This document shows, one piece after another, positions 17,626 through 26,947 of a DNA stretch of 64,000 nt. The notes under the pieces were generated by a model. The model saw only the letters and a list, made by a program, of their open reading frames with translations. It was not told the origin of the DNA and searched no databases. Made by a program: the position numbers and the translations under genes. The DNA comes from an uncultured delta proteobacterium (GTDB lineage Bacteria; Desulfobacterota; Binatia; UBA9968). Position 1 is the stretch's first letter. Every line of letters starts with the position of its first letter. The DNA lies in assembly GCA_963804165.1 (NCBI GenBank), contig CAWDPO010000042.1, positions 85,219-149,218 of the forward strand, read 5' to 3'.

Positions 17626-19743
17626 TTTGAATATGATGTAATCCTTGGCCGTCATGAGCTGCGAAAATACGGTTTCTATAAAATCCTTTGCTTTGGAGTC
17701 CATGAGTTACCCACATGTTGTATTCGCCGCACCTCAAAGTGTCTGTTGATCGTGAGTGGCGGCCCCCCGGTGGCGGCCCTCCCGGGTCGATTCGATCGAC
17801 GCAAAGACTGAACGCGCGCGCCACATAGGACCACAGCGTGCGCTTATCCCGTCTTTCATCTTCGTACGACCATCGCCCGCTTAGGGCTTCTACGAGTAAA
17901 CGCGCATTGCTCCTATCTATCTGAAGCGCCGGCTTCATTGTGAATGGCTGCGCCTTCCCGAAGACGTCAAGCATCGAATCTTTCCGAGTCTCCCACGGGT
18001 GACAAGCCGGGTCCCAGCTACCGCCGAGGCTGCTGTTAAGCATCCCGGCGAAGTCGCTTTGTGCTTGAGTCTCTAATTCCTCAACGACACCGAAGAGTAG
18101 CCGGCGGTCGTTAAATACCCATGGGCAATTAGCCACAAGAAACGGTTTTACGATTGTCTCAACGTGGCGCCGTAAGCTCATCTGCTCGTTCGCGAATGCC
18201 GCAAGAACAGTAATCGCGCCGTCGTCACTTTGAGCAATGACGGTTGCCGGCACTTCAAACGTTTGGCCGATGTAGACGGGTCCGCGAAAAGGCTCGATCG
18301 CTTCCGTTGGAACGTGCTGCGACAAATTGAATCCACGAGCTGCACGGCTACCGATCTCGCCGCGATGGGCCATGGCTGCAACGCTCGCCATTGCCAGCGC
18401 GACGATGGCGTCAATCTTCTTGCTGGCCTTCTCTTTGGCGATTCTCCAGCCGCGGGGGTTCTCAACGGCTACCGTTGAAAGCGCTTGCTGTCTCAAATCG
18501 TCCGCCGGGTAGATCTCGAGGTTTAGCCCGGTGAGTAGATCGAAAAGGGTTTGCCCCATGAGCGTGCAGTTGGTTTGTGTCTGGGAAAACTCACGGATAG
18601 GCACGCCGGCGGCCTGTAGCGTGGTGATCGATCGGTGCATCTGGTACGGATCGGCGAGTATTTCCACAAATCGCTACGCTCGTTAAGGTCGCGCAAGTCC
18701 TGTTCGACGGTGTCCTCAAGGTCAAGCGGCTGTGTCGGCGTAGGTTTCCAAATCTTGTGAGACACGAGAATCAAGCGCTCGCCGGCTTCGTCCCACTTGA
18801 GAGCTACGCGCGCGGCATTGTCGTGCTTGATACCGACGTCGACGCCAACAAATAACGGCTCGCGGTCGGTGATGCTCGGTCGATGCAGTTGATTGACGCA
18901 CGGGTCACACATTTCAGGCGTGATGAATGTTTCTTCAGCCACCGCCCATTGGTTACGGTGCAAGCGCAGATAGGTGCCTGGCCTGAGTGTCTTTTTCTGG
19001 CTGTCGTAGTACGCCTGCGTTTGCCACTTCATGCGCGGTTCGTGGTCCCAGTAGGCAAACAACCGCGCCTCACGGTTACAGTAGATCGGCAAATCAGGGT
19101 GAAGCTTTTCGCCTTGGCCTTCGGGGTGCTCGTCCTTGCTCACGACTTGTTTGTACAGGTCCCAAAGCAAAGCCGATTCGCCTTCAAAGCCGGCATAGGT
19201 GGTAACCAGCCGGATCGAATTACGCCGGGTAGGCACGGGCGTCAACTCTTCCCAAAGCCGGATGCTCGACTCGCTCGTATAGCCCCAAAGCTCGTCATAG
19301 CTCACAAGTCCATGGTTAGAGCCCGCGGCGCCGGCATAGTCACCGCTGATCGCCGTTGCTGTGGTTCCGTTGGCAAGAAATATAGTCTTGCTCTGCACCT
19401 CGGCTTCCCGCTGCAGCTCGGGGTTGTGCTTGATGATGCCTTCCATGGTCTTGAACACACGCGCGAGGGTTTGCTCAAGGTCGTTGGCGAGTATCAGGAT
19501 TTCATTCGGCGCCTCTTGTGTGAATCCCCAGGCAAGCGTTAACGCGCCGTTCAGCGTGGTCTTGCCGCTCTTCTTGATGCAGCTGTAGATGATCGTGTCC
19601 CACGGCAAGCGGCCGTCCTGATCGAAGTCAAAGGCAAGGCGTAAGATTTCCCGCTGCTCGTCTATCAACGCGAACGGTTCTCCCAGCTCGTTTTTCTTAA
19701 CGACTCTGTCAATGAAGGTGATAGGGGAAACGATGTTGCTCAC
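17513..19743 (-). CDS. terL: Terminase large subunit with a C-terminal extension (frameshift ~18665; 3' end uncertain)
   Basis: Walker A IKKSGKTT, Walker B VSYDELW, and nuclease motifs VGVDVG...D, ADPYQM and KIDAIVALAMA. Confidence 0.88.
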
Positions 19744-19967
19744 ACTTGATCCAACAGCACGTGAAACTGAATAATGCCGACTTGATCGAGCATCGCCCTG
19801 GCGCGTCTCAGCGCATAGCCATCCATGCGGCAGTGATCAGAGCAGAACTTCTTACCGCTCTTCGCTTCTGTTGGAGCTTTGCAAAACGGATTGTCACACG
19901 GTTTAAAGCCGTGCTGCTCCGCCGTTAACGGCTCACTGGCGCACGATTGCATGATCTGTAGTGTCAT
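19740..19967 (-). CDS. Small zinc-finger protein between terS and terL
   Basis: CDNPFC...KKFCSDHCR. Confidence 0.7.
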   Translation of the reverse strand: MTLQIMQSCASEPLTAEQHGFKPCDNPFCKAPTEAKSGKKFCSDHCRMDGYALRRARAMLDQVGIIQFHVLLDQV

Positions 19968-20400
19968 TGCCCCCGCTGGTTGCTTCCGGCTGGTTTAGGA
20001 GGTCTGCAAGTGAAGTCGTTTTGACACGGCGTTGAAGGCCAAGGGCCTGAAGATTCCCGCGCATGTGACTCGAAAGCTTAACCCACGTATCGACTACGGA
20101 AATAACTTTGTTGTCGCGCACGATCTTGCCGTCTATCGACATCAGGTAGTTTTCAACGGTGCCTTTGAACAGCATTGTGTTGACGGTGTCGGTAATGAGC
20201 GTTCTTTCCTGGGAGCTTGGATCCCCGCCAAGCGCGCTAATCAATTCCTGCTCTTTTTCTCTGAGCACTTTGGCGAGAGACATGCGACCGTCAAGCTTTC
20301 CACCCAACATTCGGCGGTAAACATGCAGCGAATGTTTGACGGCGTGTGTATTGCCCTTAGCAACGGGTTTGACCGGCTTATCGCCCTTTTTGAACGGCAT
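19933..20400 (-). CDS. Putative terminase small subunit
   Basis: MPFKKG...KGNTHAVKH N-terminus and LQALGLQRRVK C-terminus; lies upstream of terL. Confidence 0.7.
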   Translation of the reverse strand: MPFKKGDKPVKPVAKGNTHAVKHSLHVYRRMLGGKLDGRMSLAKVLREKEQELISALGGDPSSQERTLITDTVNTMLFKGTVENYLMSIDGKIVRDNKVISVVDTWVKLSSHMRGNLQALGLQRRVKTTSLADLLNQPEATSGGNDTTDHAIVRQ

Positions 20401-20413
20401 TTTGCCTCTTACT

Positions 20414-20434
20414 TGCCCCCAAGACATGCCCCCA
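20414..20434 (+). promoter_or_regulatory. Putative integrase arm-type sites, right arm (TGCCCCCA x2)
   Basis: TGCCCCCA at 20414-20421 and 20427-20434. Confidence 0.7.
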
Positions 20435-20438
20435 GAAT

Positions 20439-20483
20439 AAAAAAGCCATGAAGATCAACAACTTTCGTCGCTGTCATCATGGC
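20439..20483 (-). terminator. Intrinsic terminator abutting attR
   Basis: GCCATGA...CAGCGAC-GAAA-GTTGTTG...TCATGGC hairpin followed by T6 on the minus strand. Confidence 0.7.
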
Positions 20484-20530
20484 TCATATCCGCGGCGTCG
20501 AGAGTTCGAATCTCTCCACCGCCACCAATT
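20481..20530 (+). repeat. attR core: displaced 3' half of tRNA-Met
   Basis: Anticodon loop through CCA, with a perfect GAGAG/CTCTC T-stem and no 5' half. Confidence 0.93.
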
Positions 20531-20593
20531 TCTTTTGCGAACAATCTCGGATTTCAGCGGTCTTTTCAAAAAGCTCGGCACCCGGGTGTCCCT

Positions 20594-21316
20594 TTAGAAT
20601 TTTCTCGACCATGCCTCTCCCCCATAACGCTCGCGTACTAGCGCCTCGATTCGTGCCAGGGGCACATGCGGCAACACCTCGTCCGCGGTCCACCCTTCTC
20701 TCAAACCATCACGCACTGACCCGGCGGGTATATTGAGATTGGCAACAAACTCCAAGTGTGGCCGATCACGGCGATACGCAGGCTGTTGAGCCGGCATGCG
20801 GAGATATCGTTCAATCAATGGCAAATTGAAGTCCAATAGAAATGTGCCGTGGACAAGAACGAAACGAGCCTTTCGATATTGCGCATTGCCGGAAACTTTG
20901 CGTCCTGAAATCGTGAGATCGCTTATGCCGTCGACGCGCGCTTTCACGCCGGCTAATTTCTCGATGACACGCCGATGTCGTTCCAGCACGTAGTGAAAAG
21001 CGTCACTGATAGTTCTTAGCCGGCATGTACTGTTATTTAGAATCAGCGAATAGTTGAGACAACCGGGACCTTGCACTACGACGCCGCCGCCACTTACGCG
21101 TCTCAATATTGATACTCCGTCTGCCTTGCACGTCAATAAATTTACTTCGGAGTGCAATCGATTGGAGTGACCGAGCACAATAAAATGGTCCGTCGACTCC
21201 CAAACTCGCAAGAGCGAGTCCGGGAGTCGATCGTTTTCGAACAACTCCAACAGCGCTTGGTCGCAGGCAAGATTAGTTGCCGGATCTCCGAGTGTAAGAT
21301 CGAGATATTTCATCAA
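20594..21316 (-). CDS. lplA: Lipoate-protein ligase A family protein
   Basis: NLACDQAL, RRVSGGGVV, KVSGNAQ and HGTFL; divergent from the PDH operon. Confidence 0.88.
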   Translation of the reverse strand: MMKYLDLTLGDPATNLACDQALLELFENDRLPDSLLRVWESTDHFIVLGHSNRLHSEVNLLTCKADGVSILRRVSGGGVVVQGPGCLNYSLILNNSTCRLRTISDAFHYVLERHRRVIEKLAGVKARVDGISDLTISGRKVSGNAQYRKARFVLVHGTFLLDFNLPLIERYLRMPAQQPAYRRDRPHLEFVANLNIPAGSVRDGLREGWTADEVLPHVPLARIEALVRERYGGEAWSRKF

Positions 21317-21366
21317 TTTGAGTTGCTTGTATTTTGTTGTCTGCTAAACTAGTAACGCGAGCACGC

Positions 21367-24087
21367 ATGGAACCGGAAAACAAAGATATCCCCGCTGTGA
21401 CCTCGGTCGAAGGTGACCGCCCGAACGGTAAAGGAAATAGAAATGAACGGCACAAATGGGTTGCCTCCCTGGAGTATATTCTCGAGTATATTTTAAAGAA
21501 CGAGCAATCGGAACAAGCTTCACGTCTTCTCGAAGAGCTCATCGAACGGCTGCGGGATTCAGGGCTCAAAATTGCCCAAACGGTAAACACGCCGTACATT
21601 AATACAATACCTCCGGAAAGAGAGCCGCCCTATCCAGGCAACCGAGAAATCGAACGGCGTATAAAAAGTTATATCCGCTGGAATGCGATGGCAATGGTGG
21701 TCAAAGCCAATCGCGTTCATCCCGACATCGGCGGCCATATCTCGACTTATGCCTCGTCAGCAACTCTTTACGAGGTCGCTCAGAATCATTTCTTCCGCGG
21801 CGGCGACGGTGAGAATCATCCCGACATGGTCTACTTTCAGGGCCATGCGTCGCCCGGCGCGTATTCGCGCGCCTATGTGGAATGGCGCATCAACGCACCC
21901 AAACTGCATCATTTCCGCCAGGAACTTTCCAGTGTCGGAGGCGTATCATCGTATCCGCATCCCTACTTGATGCCCGACTTCTGGCAGTTTCCCACGGTGT
22001 CCATGGGTCTGGCGCCGATTATGTCGATCTATCAAGCGAGGTTCGTGCGCTATCTCAAAAGCCGCGGGCAGCTCAGCGGTGAAGAGCCTCGCATTTTCTG
22101 TTTTGTCGGCGATGGCGAAATGGATGAACCGGAATCTTCGGGCGCGCTGACACTGGCATCGCGGGAAAATCTCGACAATCTCATCTGGGTGGTAAACTGC
22201 AACCTTCAACGTCTCGACGGCCCCGTCCGCGGTAACGGCAAAATTATTCAGGAACTCGAGGCGCTATTTCGCGGTGCAGGGTGGAATGTCATCAAAGTCA
22301 TCTGGGGCTCAGATTGGGATCCGCTATTGGCGAAGGATGAAAAAGGCTTGTTACTCAAACGAATGGAAGAAGCGGTTGACGGCGATTATCAGAAATACTC
22401 GGTGGAGCCGGGGAGCTACACCAGAAAACATTTTTTTGGCAAGTACCCTGAATTGCTCGAGATGGTCAATCCTATGACCGATGACCAGATTCGCAAGTTG
22501 CTGCGCGGCGGTCACGATCCCATGAAAGTGTACGCCGCGTACAAGGCGGCGGTCGAACATAAAGGCACACCAACCGTGATTCTCGCGAAGACTGTGAAAG
22601 GATACGGACTGGGCGAAGCCGGCGAAGGTCGGAATATCACACATCAGCAGAAAAAGCTCAACGAACGCGAGCTGCGCGAGTTTCGCAGCCGATTCGACAT
22701 ACCACTGCCCGATGAAGAAGTCGTCGAGACCCCCTTCTACCGCCCGCCCCTCGATAGCCCGGAAACCCAATACTTACTCGAGAGGCGCAAACAGTTGCGC
22801 GGCTTCGTTCCGGAACGGAAAGTTAGGGCGAAGTCGCTAAGAGTTCCTGAAGCTGCCGATTATGAGGAATTCCTCAAAGGCTCGGGCGAACATTCTATGT
22901 CGACCACCATGGCGACCGTGCGAATCCTGACAAAGCTCTTGCGTCACGAGGAGATCGGCAAACGCATCGTCCCGATCATTCCCGACGAAGCGAGAACGTT
23001 TGGCATGGATTCGTTATTCCGCCAGATCGGTATTTACTCTTCCAAGGGCCAACTCTATGAACCCGTCGATCGTGAGACGCTGCTTTATTACAACGAAACC
23101 AAAGACGGCCAGATTCTCGAAGAAGGCATTACCGAGGCAGGCGCCATGTCGTCGTTCATTGCCGCGGGCACGTCCTATGCGCATCTCGGCGTCAACATGA
23201 TTCCATTTTACTTTTATTACTCGATGTTCGGTTTCCAGCGCATCGGCGACCTCATCTGGGCGGCGGCGGATAGCAAGTCGAAGGGCTTTTTGTTGGGCGC
23301 GACAGCGGGACGAACGACGCTCAATGGCGAAGGATTACAGCATCAAGACGGCCATAGCCACGTGTTGGCAAGCACCGTTCCGACTCTGTTCACCTACGAC
23401 GCCGCCTTCGCTTACGAGATCGCCGTCATCGTGAAGGATGGATTGCGTCGCCTCTATGCAGAGGGGGAAGAGTATTTTTACTATCTCACGCTGTACAATG
23501 AGAGCTATCAGATGCCGGCCATGCCAGAAGGCACCGAAGAGGGAATACTGAAAGGCTTATATAAGCTCAAACCGGCGACGAAGGGTAAAAAATACAAGGC
23601 GCATATATTCGGCAGCGGCCCGCTGCTCCGAGAAGCGCTACGCGCGCAAGATATTCTTGCGGAACAATTCGACGTCGCGGCGGATGTATGGAGCGCGACG
23701 AGCTACAAACTGCTGCGCGGCGACGTATTGCGAACCAAGCGTTGGAACATGCTGCATCCGACGGCGCCGCCAAAACTATCCTATCTAGAATTAATCCTGC
23801 AAAACGAAGAAGGAGTTTTTGTCGCGGTGTCCGACTATATGAAAATGGTCCCTGACCAGATCGCACCGTGGGTGCCCGGCGGGCTGACGACCCTCGGCAC
23901 CGACGGTTTCGGCCGCAGCGACACGCGGCCCAATCTCCGACGATTTTTTGAGGTCGACGCGGAATTGTCGGCCGTCGCCACGCTCTATGCTCTCCATCAA
24001 AAGGAGGCATTTCCCGCTAAAGTTGTCGAGGAAGCGATCAAGAAGCTCGGTGTCGACCCCGAAAAGTCATTCCCTTTTTATCTCTAA
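21367..24087 (+). CDS. aceE: Pyruvate dehydrogenase E1, homodimeric type
   Basis: SSYPHP, PTVSMGL, GDGEMDEPES, NCNLQRLDGPV and GEGLQHQDGHS. Confidence 0.97.
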   Translation: MEPENKDIPAVTSVEGDRPNGKGNRNERHKWVASLEYILEYILKNEQSEQASRLLEELIERLRDSGLKIAQTVNTPYINTIPPEREPPYPGNREIERRIKSYIRWNAMAMVVKANRVHPDIGGHISTYASSATLYEVAQNHFFRGGDGENHPDMVYFQGHASPGAYSRAYVEWRINAPKLHHFRQELSSVGGVSSYPHPYLMPDFWQFPTVSMGLAPIMSIYQARFVRYLKSRGQLSGEEPRIFCFVGDGEMDEPESSGALTLASRENLDNLIWVVNCNLQRLDGPVRGNGKIIQELEALFRGAGWNVIKVIWGSDWDPLLAKDEKGLLLKRMEEAVDGDYQKYSVEPGSYTRKHFFGKYPELLEMVNPMTDDQIRKLLRGGHDPMKVYAAYKAAVEHKGTPTVILAKTVKGYGLGEAGEGRNITHQQKKLNERELREFRSRFDIPLPDEEVVETPFYRPPLDSPETQYLLERRKQLRGFVPERKVRAKSLRVPEAADYEEFLKGSGEHSMSTTMATVRILTKLLRHEEIGKRIVPIIPDEARTFGMDSLFRQIGIYSSKGQLYEPVDRETLLYYNETKDGQILEEGITEAGAMSSFIAAGTSYAHLGVNMIPFYFYYSMFGFQRIGDLIWAAADSKSKGFLLGATAGRTTLNGEGLQHQDGHSHVLASTVPTLFTYDAAFAYEIAVIVKDGLRRLYAEGEEYFYYLTLYNESYQMPAMPEGTEEGILKGLYKLKPATKGKKYKAHIFGSGPLLREALRAQDILAEQFDVAADVWSATSYKLLRGDVLRTKRWNMLHPTAPPKLSYLELILQNEEGVFVAVSDYMKMVPDQIAPWVPGGLTTLGTDGFGRSDTRPNLRRFFEVDAELSAVATLYALHQKEAFPAKVVEEAIKKLGVDPEKSFPFYL

Positions 24088-24120
24088 TCACTTTCAAAAG
24101 CGCAGCCGGAAACATTTTTC

Positions 24121-25437
24121 ATGGACGTCAAGCTTCCACAGCTCGCTGAAGGTGTAGAGTCCGGCACGGTCGTGAGCATTCTCGTCGCCGAAGGCCAGGA
24201 CGTCAAAAAAGACCAAGCCATTATGGAGCTGGAGACTCAAAAGGCCGTGGGCTCAATACCTGCTCCCAGTTCCGGTGTGGTCACGAAAATTTACGTCAAG
24301 CAAGGGATGGAGGTCTCGGTTGGACAACCGCTCATCTCAATCGAGAGCAGCGGTGCCACGACAACCACGAGCGCGCAACCGGCGCAAACGCCAACCGCGA
24401 CAGCGTCGGCAAAGCCGAATTCCTCTGTGGCACCCACCCGGCCGGCGCAAACACCTGGCAGCGCAATCACAGATGATTATCATTATGAGTCAAAGACGGG
24501 TATGCCACCCCCTGCGCCACCGTCAATTCGGAAAATCGCGCGCGAACTCGGCATTGACCTGACCCGAATCAAAGGCAGCGAAGCAGGCGGTAGAATCAAT
24601 CTCGGCGATCTGCGCGATTACGTTCAACGCTTGCAGCAGATCGCGCTTCACAGCGCCGCGCCGGCCGCGCAACCGGCGCCGGCGGGCGCGCCGACTCCGA
24701 CGCCGAGCGAAGCCATCGATTTTGCTAAATGGGGGCCGATACGCCGGGAAAAAATGTCGCCGCTCAGGCGCACGGTCAGCCGGCGCATGGTGGAATCATG
24801 GACGACGATCCCGAAAATAAACCAGTTCGCCGACGCCGATATCACGGCGCTACTGTCGTTGCGAAAAAAACATGCGCCGGCGTATGAGAAAAAAGGCGCG
24901 CATCTCACGCTCACGTCAATTTTGCTGTTCGTGCTTGGACGCGTCTTGAAAAAGCATCTGCGCGCGAATGCCAGCATCGACGAATCGACTCAGGAAATCA
25001 TCTATAAAGATTACTGCCACATCGGCGTCGCCGTCGACACTGAAGGCGGCCTGATCGTGCCGGTTTTGCGCGACGTCGATCGGAAAAATCTCTTGCAGCT
25101 CTCCGAAGAGCTTCACGCGCTCTCCGAGAAAACCCGCCAGCGCAAGATTTCCATCGAGGAGCTTCAAGGCGGCAGTTTCACGATCTCGAATCAGGGCAGC
25201 ATCGGTGGCGGCCACTTCACGCCGATCATTTATGCGCCCCAGGTCGCAATTCTCGGCGTCGGGCAAGGCCAAGCGAAACCGGTCGTCATCGACGGCAAAA
25301 TCGCCATTCGAACGATTCTGCCGCTTTGTCTTGCCTACGATCACCGCGTTCTCGACGGCGCCGACGCTGTTCGTTTTATAAAAGACGTTATTACCGGACT
25401 GGAAATCTTCGGCGAAGCGGAACTAACGCTTAAGTAA
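24121..25437 (+). CDS. aceF: Dihydrolipoamide acetyltransferase E2 (one lipoyl domain)
   Basis: ELETQKA lipoyl site, E3-binding domain and DHRVLDG. Confidence 0.95.
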   Translation: MDVKLPQLAEGVESGTVVSILVAEGQDVKKDQAIMELETQKAVGSIPAPSSGVVTKIYVKQGMEVSVGQPLISIESSGATTTTSAQPAQTPTATASAKPNSSVAPTRPAQTPGSAITDDYHYESKTGMPPPAPPSIRKIARELGIDLTRIKGSEAGGRINLGDLRDYVQRLQQIALHSAAPAAQPAPAGAPTPTPSEAIDFAKWGPIRREKMSPLRRTVSRRMVESWTTIPKINQFADADITALLSLRKKHAPAYEKKGAHLTLTSILLFVLGRVLKKHLRANASIDESTQEIIYKDYCHIGVAVDTEGGLIVPVLRDVDRKNLLQLSEELHALSEKTRQRKISIEELQGGSFTISNQGSIGGGHFTPIIYAPQVAILGVGQGQAKPVVIDGKIAIRTILPLCLAYDHRVLDGADAVRFIKDVITGLEIFGEAELTLK

Positions 25438-25445
25438 TCGCATCC

Positions 25446-26861
25446 ATGGAACCGACTACCACTGAGGTTTTAGTTCTCGGCGCCGGCCCCGGCGGTTACA
25501 CCGCTGCGTTTCACGCCGCCGACAAAGGCAAAAAAGTCACCCTCGTCGAACAAAGTCCGCGGCTGGGCGGCGTTTGTATGAACGTCGGATGCATTCCGTC
25601 CAAGGCTTTGCTACACGCCACCGCGATTATGCGCGAGGCGAAGGAGTCATCGCAACGCGGCATCGAGCTCGGCCAGCCGAAACTCAATCTTGAAACTCTG
25701 CGAACGTGGAAAGAATCGATTGTCGAAAAGCTCGGCCGCGGCATTAGTACGCTAGCGCAACAGCGCGGCGTCGATATCGTGCACGGCCGCGGGCACTTCG
25801 AAGATTCGCGAACCTTGCGCGTCGAAACCGGGGCGGGACAGAAGTTTATTCGCTACGAAAAAGCGATCATCGCGGTCGGTTCCAAGCCAGCCATGCCCAA
25901 CGCCTTCGACCTCGGCAACAAGCGGATCATGACCTCCACCGAGGCACTCGAGCTGCCGGATATCCCGCAAGACCTGCTCGTGGTCGGCGGCGGATATATC
26001 GGCATGGAACTCGGCACCGTCTATGCCGCCCTTGGCAGTCGCGTCGTCGTTCTCGAAGCCTTGCCTTCGATTCTCACAGGCGTCGACGCCGATCTAGTTC
26101 GGCCCGTCAGCCGCGTGGCGCAAAAAGCGTTCAGGGAAATCCGCCTCAACACCAAAGTGCTCAAGATGGCCACCGCCGGCAAGCAGATCAAAGTCACCAC
26201 AGAGATCAACAAAGAGCAGCGCGAGGAGCTTTACGATCGCGTCCTCGTGAGTGTCGGGCGGGTGCCCAATCTCAATGATCTCGGACTCCAAAACACCAAG
26301 GTCACAAGGGATGACAAAGGTTTCATTCAATGCAACGCCCAACAACAGACCGAAGACCCGAACATTTACGCTGTCGGTGACGTCAACGGCGGCACCCTGC
26401 TCGCCCATCGCGCGTTCAAGGAGGCCAAGATCGCCGTGGAAGCGATCCTCGGTGAAGCGAGTGCATTTGAAAACATCGTCATCCCCGCCGTGGTTTTCAC
26501 CGATCCGGAAATCGCGTGGTGCGGCCTCACCGAAACCGAAGCAAAACAAAAAGGCATCGACGTTCAGGTCGCGAAATTTCTCTGGGGCGCTTCCGGTCGT
26601 GCGCTCACGCTCGACCGCCCGGACGGGCTGACCAAGCTCATCATCGAACCGGAAACCGAACGGATTCTTGGCGTGGGCATCGTCGGCGCCGGCGCGGGCG
26701 AGTTGATTAGCGAAGGCGTTCTTGCCGTCGAGATGGGCGCCACCGCGCGCGACCTCGCCGACTCGGTGCACCCGCATCCGACGCTTTCGGAAACGCTCAT
26801 GGAAGCCGCGGAATCGTTTTATGGCACGGCGACGCACACGCTATCGCGGCGCAAATCGTAG
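25446..26861 (+). CDS. lpdA: Dihydrolipoamide dehydrogenase
   Basis: GAGPGGY, GGVCMNVGCIPSK and HPHPTLSE. Confidence 0.97.
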   Translation: MEPTTTEVLVLGAGPGGYTAAFHAADKGKKVTLVEQSPRLGGVCMNVGCIPSKALLHATAIMREAKESSQRGIELGQPKLNLETLRTWKESIVEKLGRGISTLAQQRGVDIVHGRGHFEDSRTLRVETGAGQKFIRYEKAIIAVGSKPAMPNAFDLGNKRIMTSTEALELPDIPQDLLVVGGGYIGMELGTVYAALGSRVVVLEALPSILTGVDADLVRPVSRVAQKAFREIRLNTKVLKMATAGKQIKVTTEINKEQREELYDRVLVSVGRVPNLNDLGLQNTKVTRDDKGFIQCNAQQQTEDPNIYAVGDVNGGTLLAHRAFKEAKIAVEAILGEASAFENIVIPAVVFTDPEIAWCGLTETEAKQKGIDVQVAKFLWGASGRALTLDRPDGLTKLIIEPETERILGVGIVGAGAGELISEGVLAVEMGATARDLADSVHPHPTLSETLMEAAESFYGTATHTLSRRKS

Positions 26862-26947
26862 CGGTAAATCCCGTGCCTGACCTCCTCCGGGTAGCGTCGG
26901 CGAATCAGAACGCAGCGCCGTGTTTGTCTTGGCGATTGATTAGATCC

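Larger units (their letters stand above)
4978..20530. mobile_element. ~15.5 kb integrative element (phage satellite or defective prophage) in tRNA-Met
   Basis: att repeats, adjacent tyrosine integrase, Xis-like and XRE genes, primase/DUF3631, TerS/TerL and short accessory ORFs. Confidence 0.93.

Noticed and set aside
20481-20530. Second tRNA gene
   Set aside because: Only the 3' half is present; it is the attR fragment.
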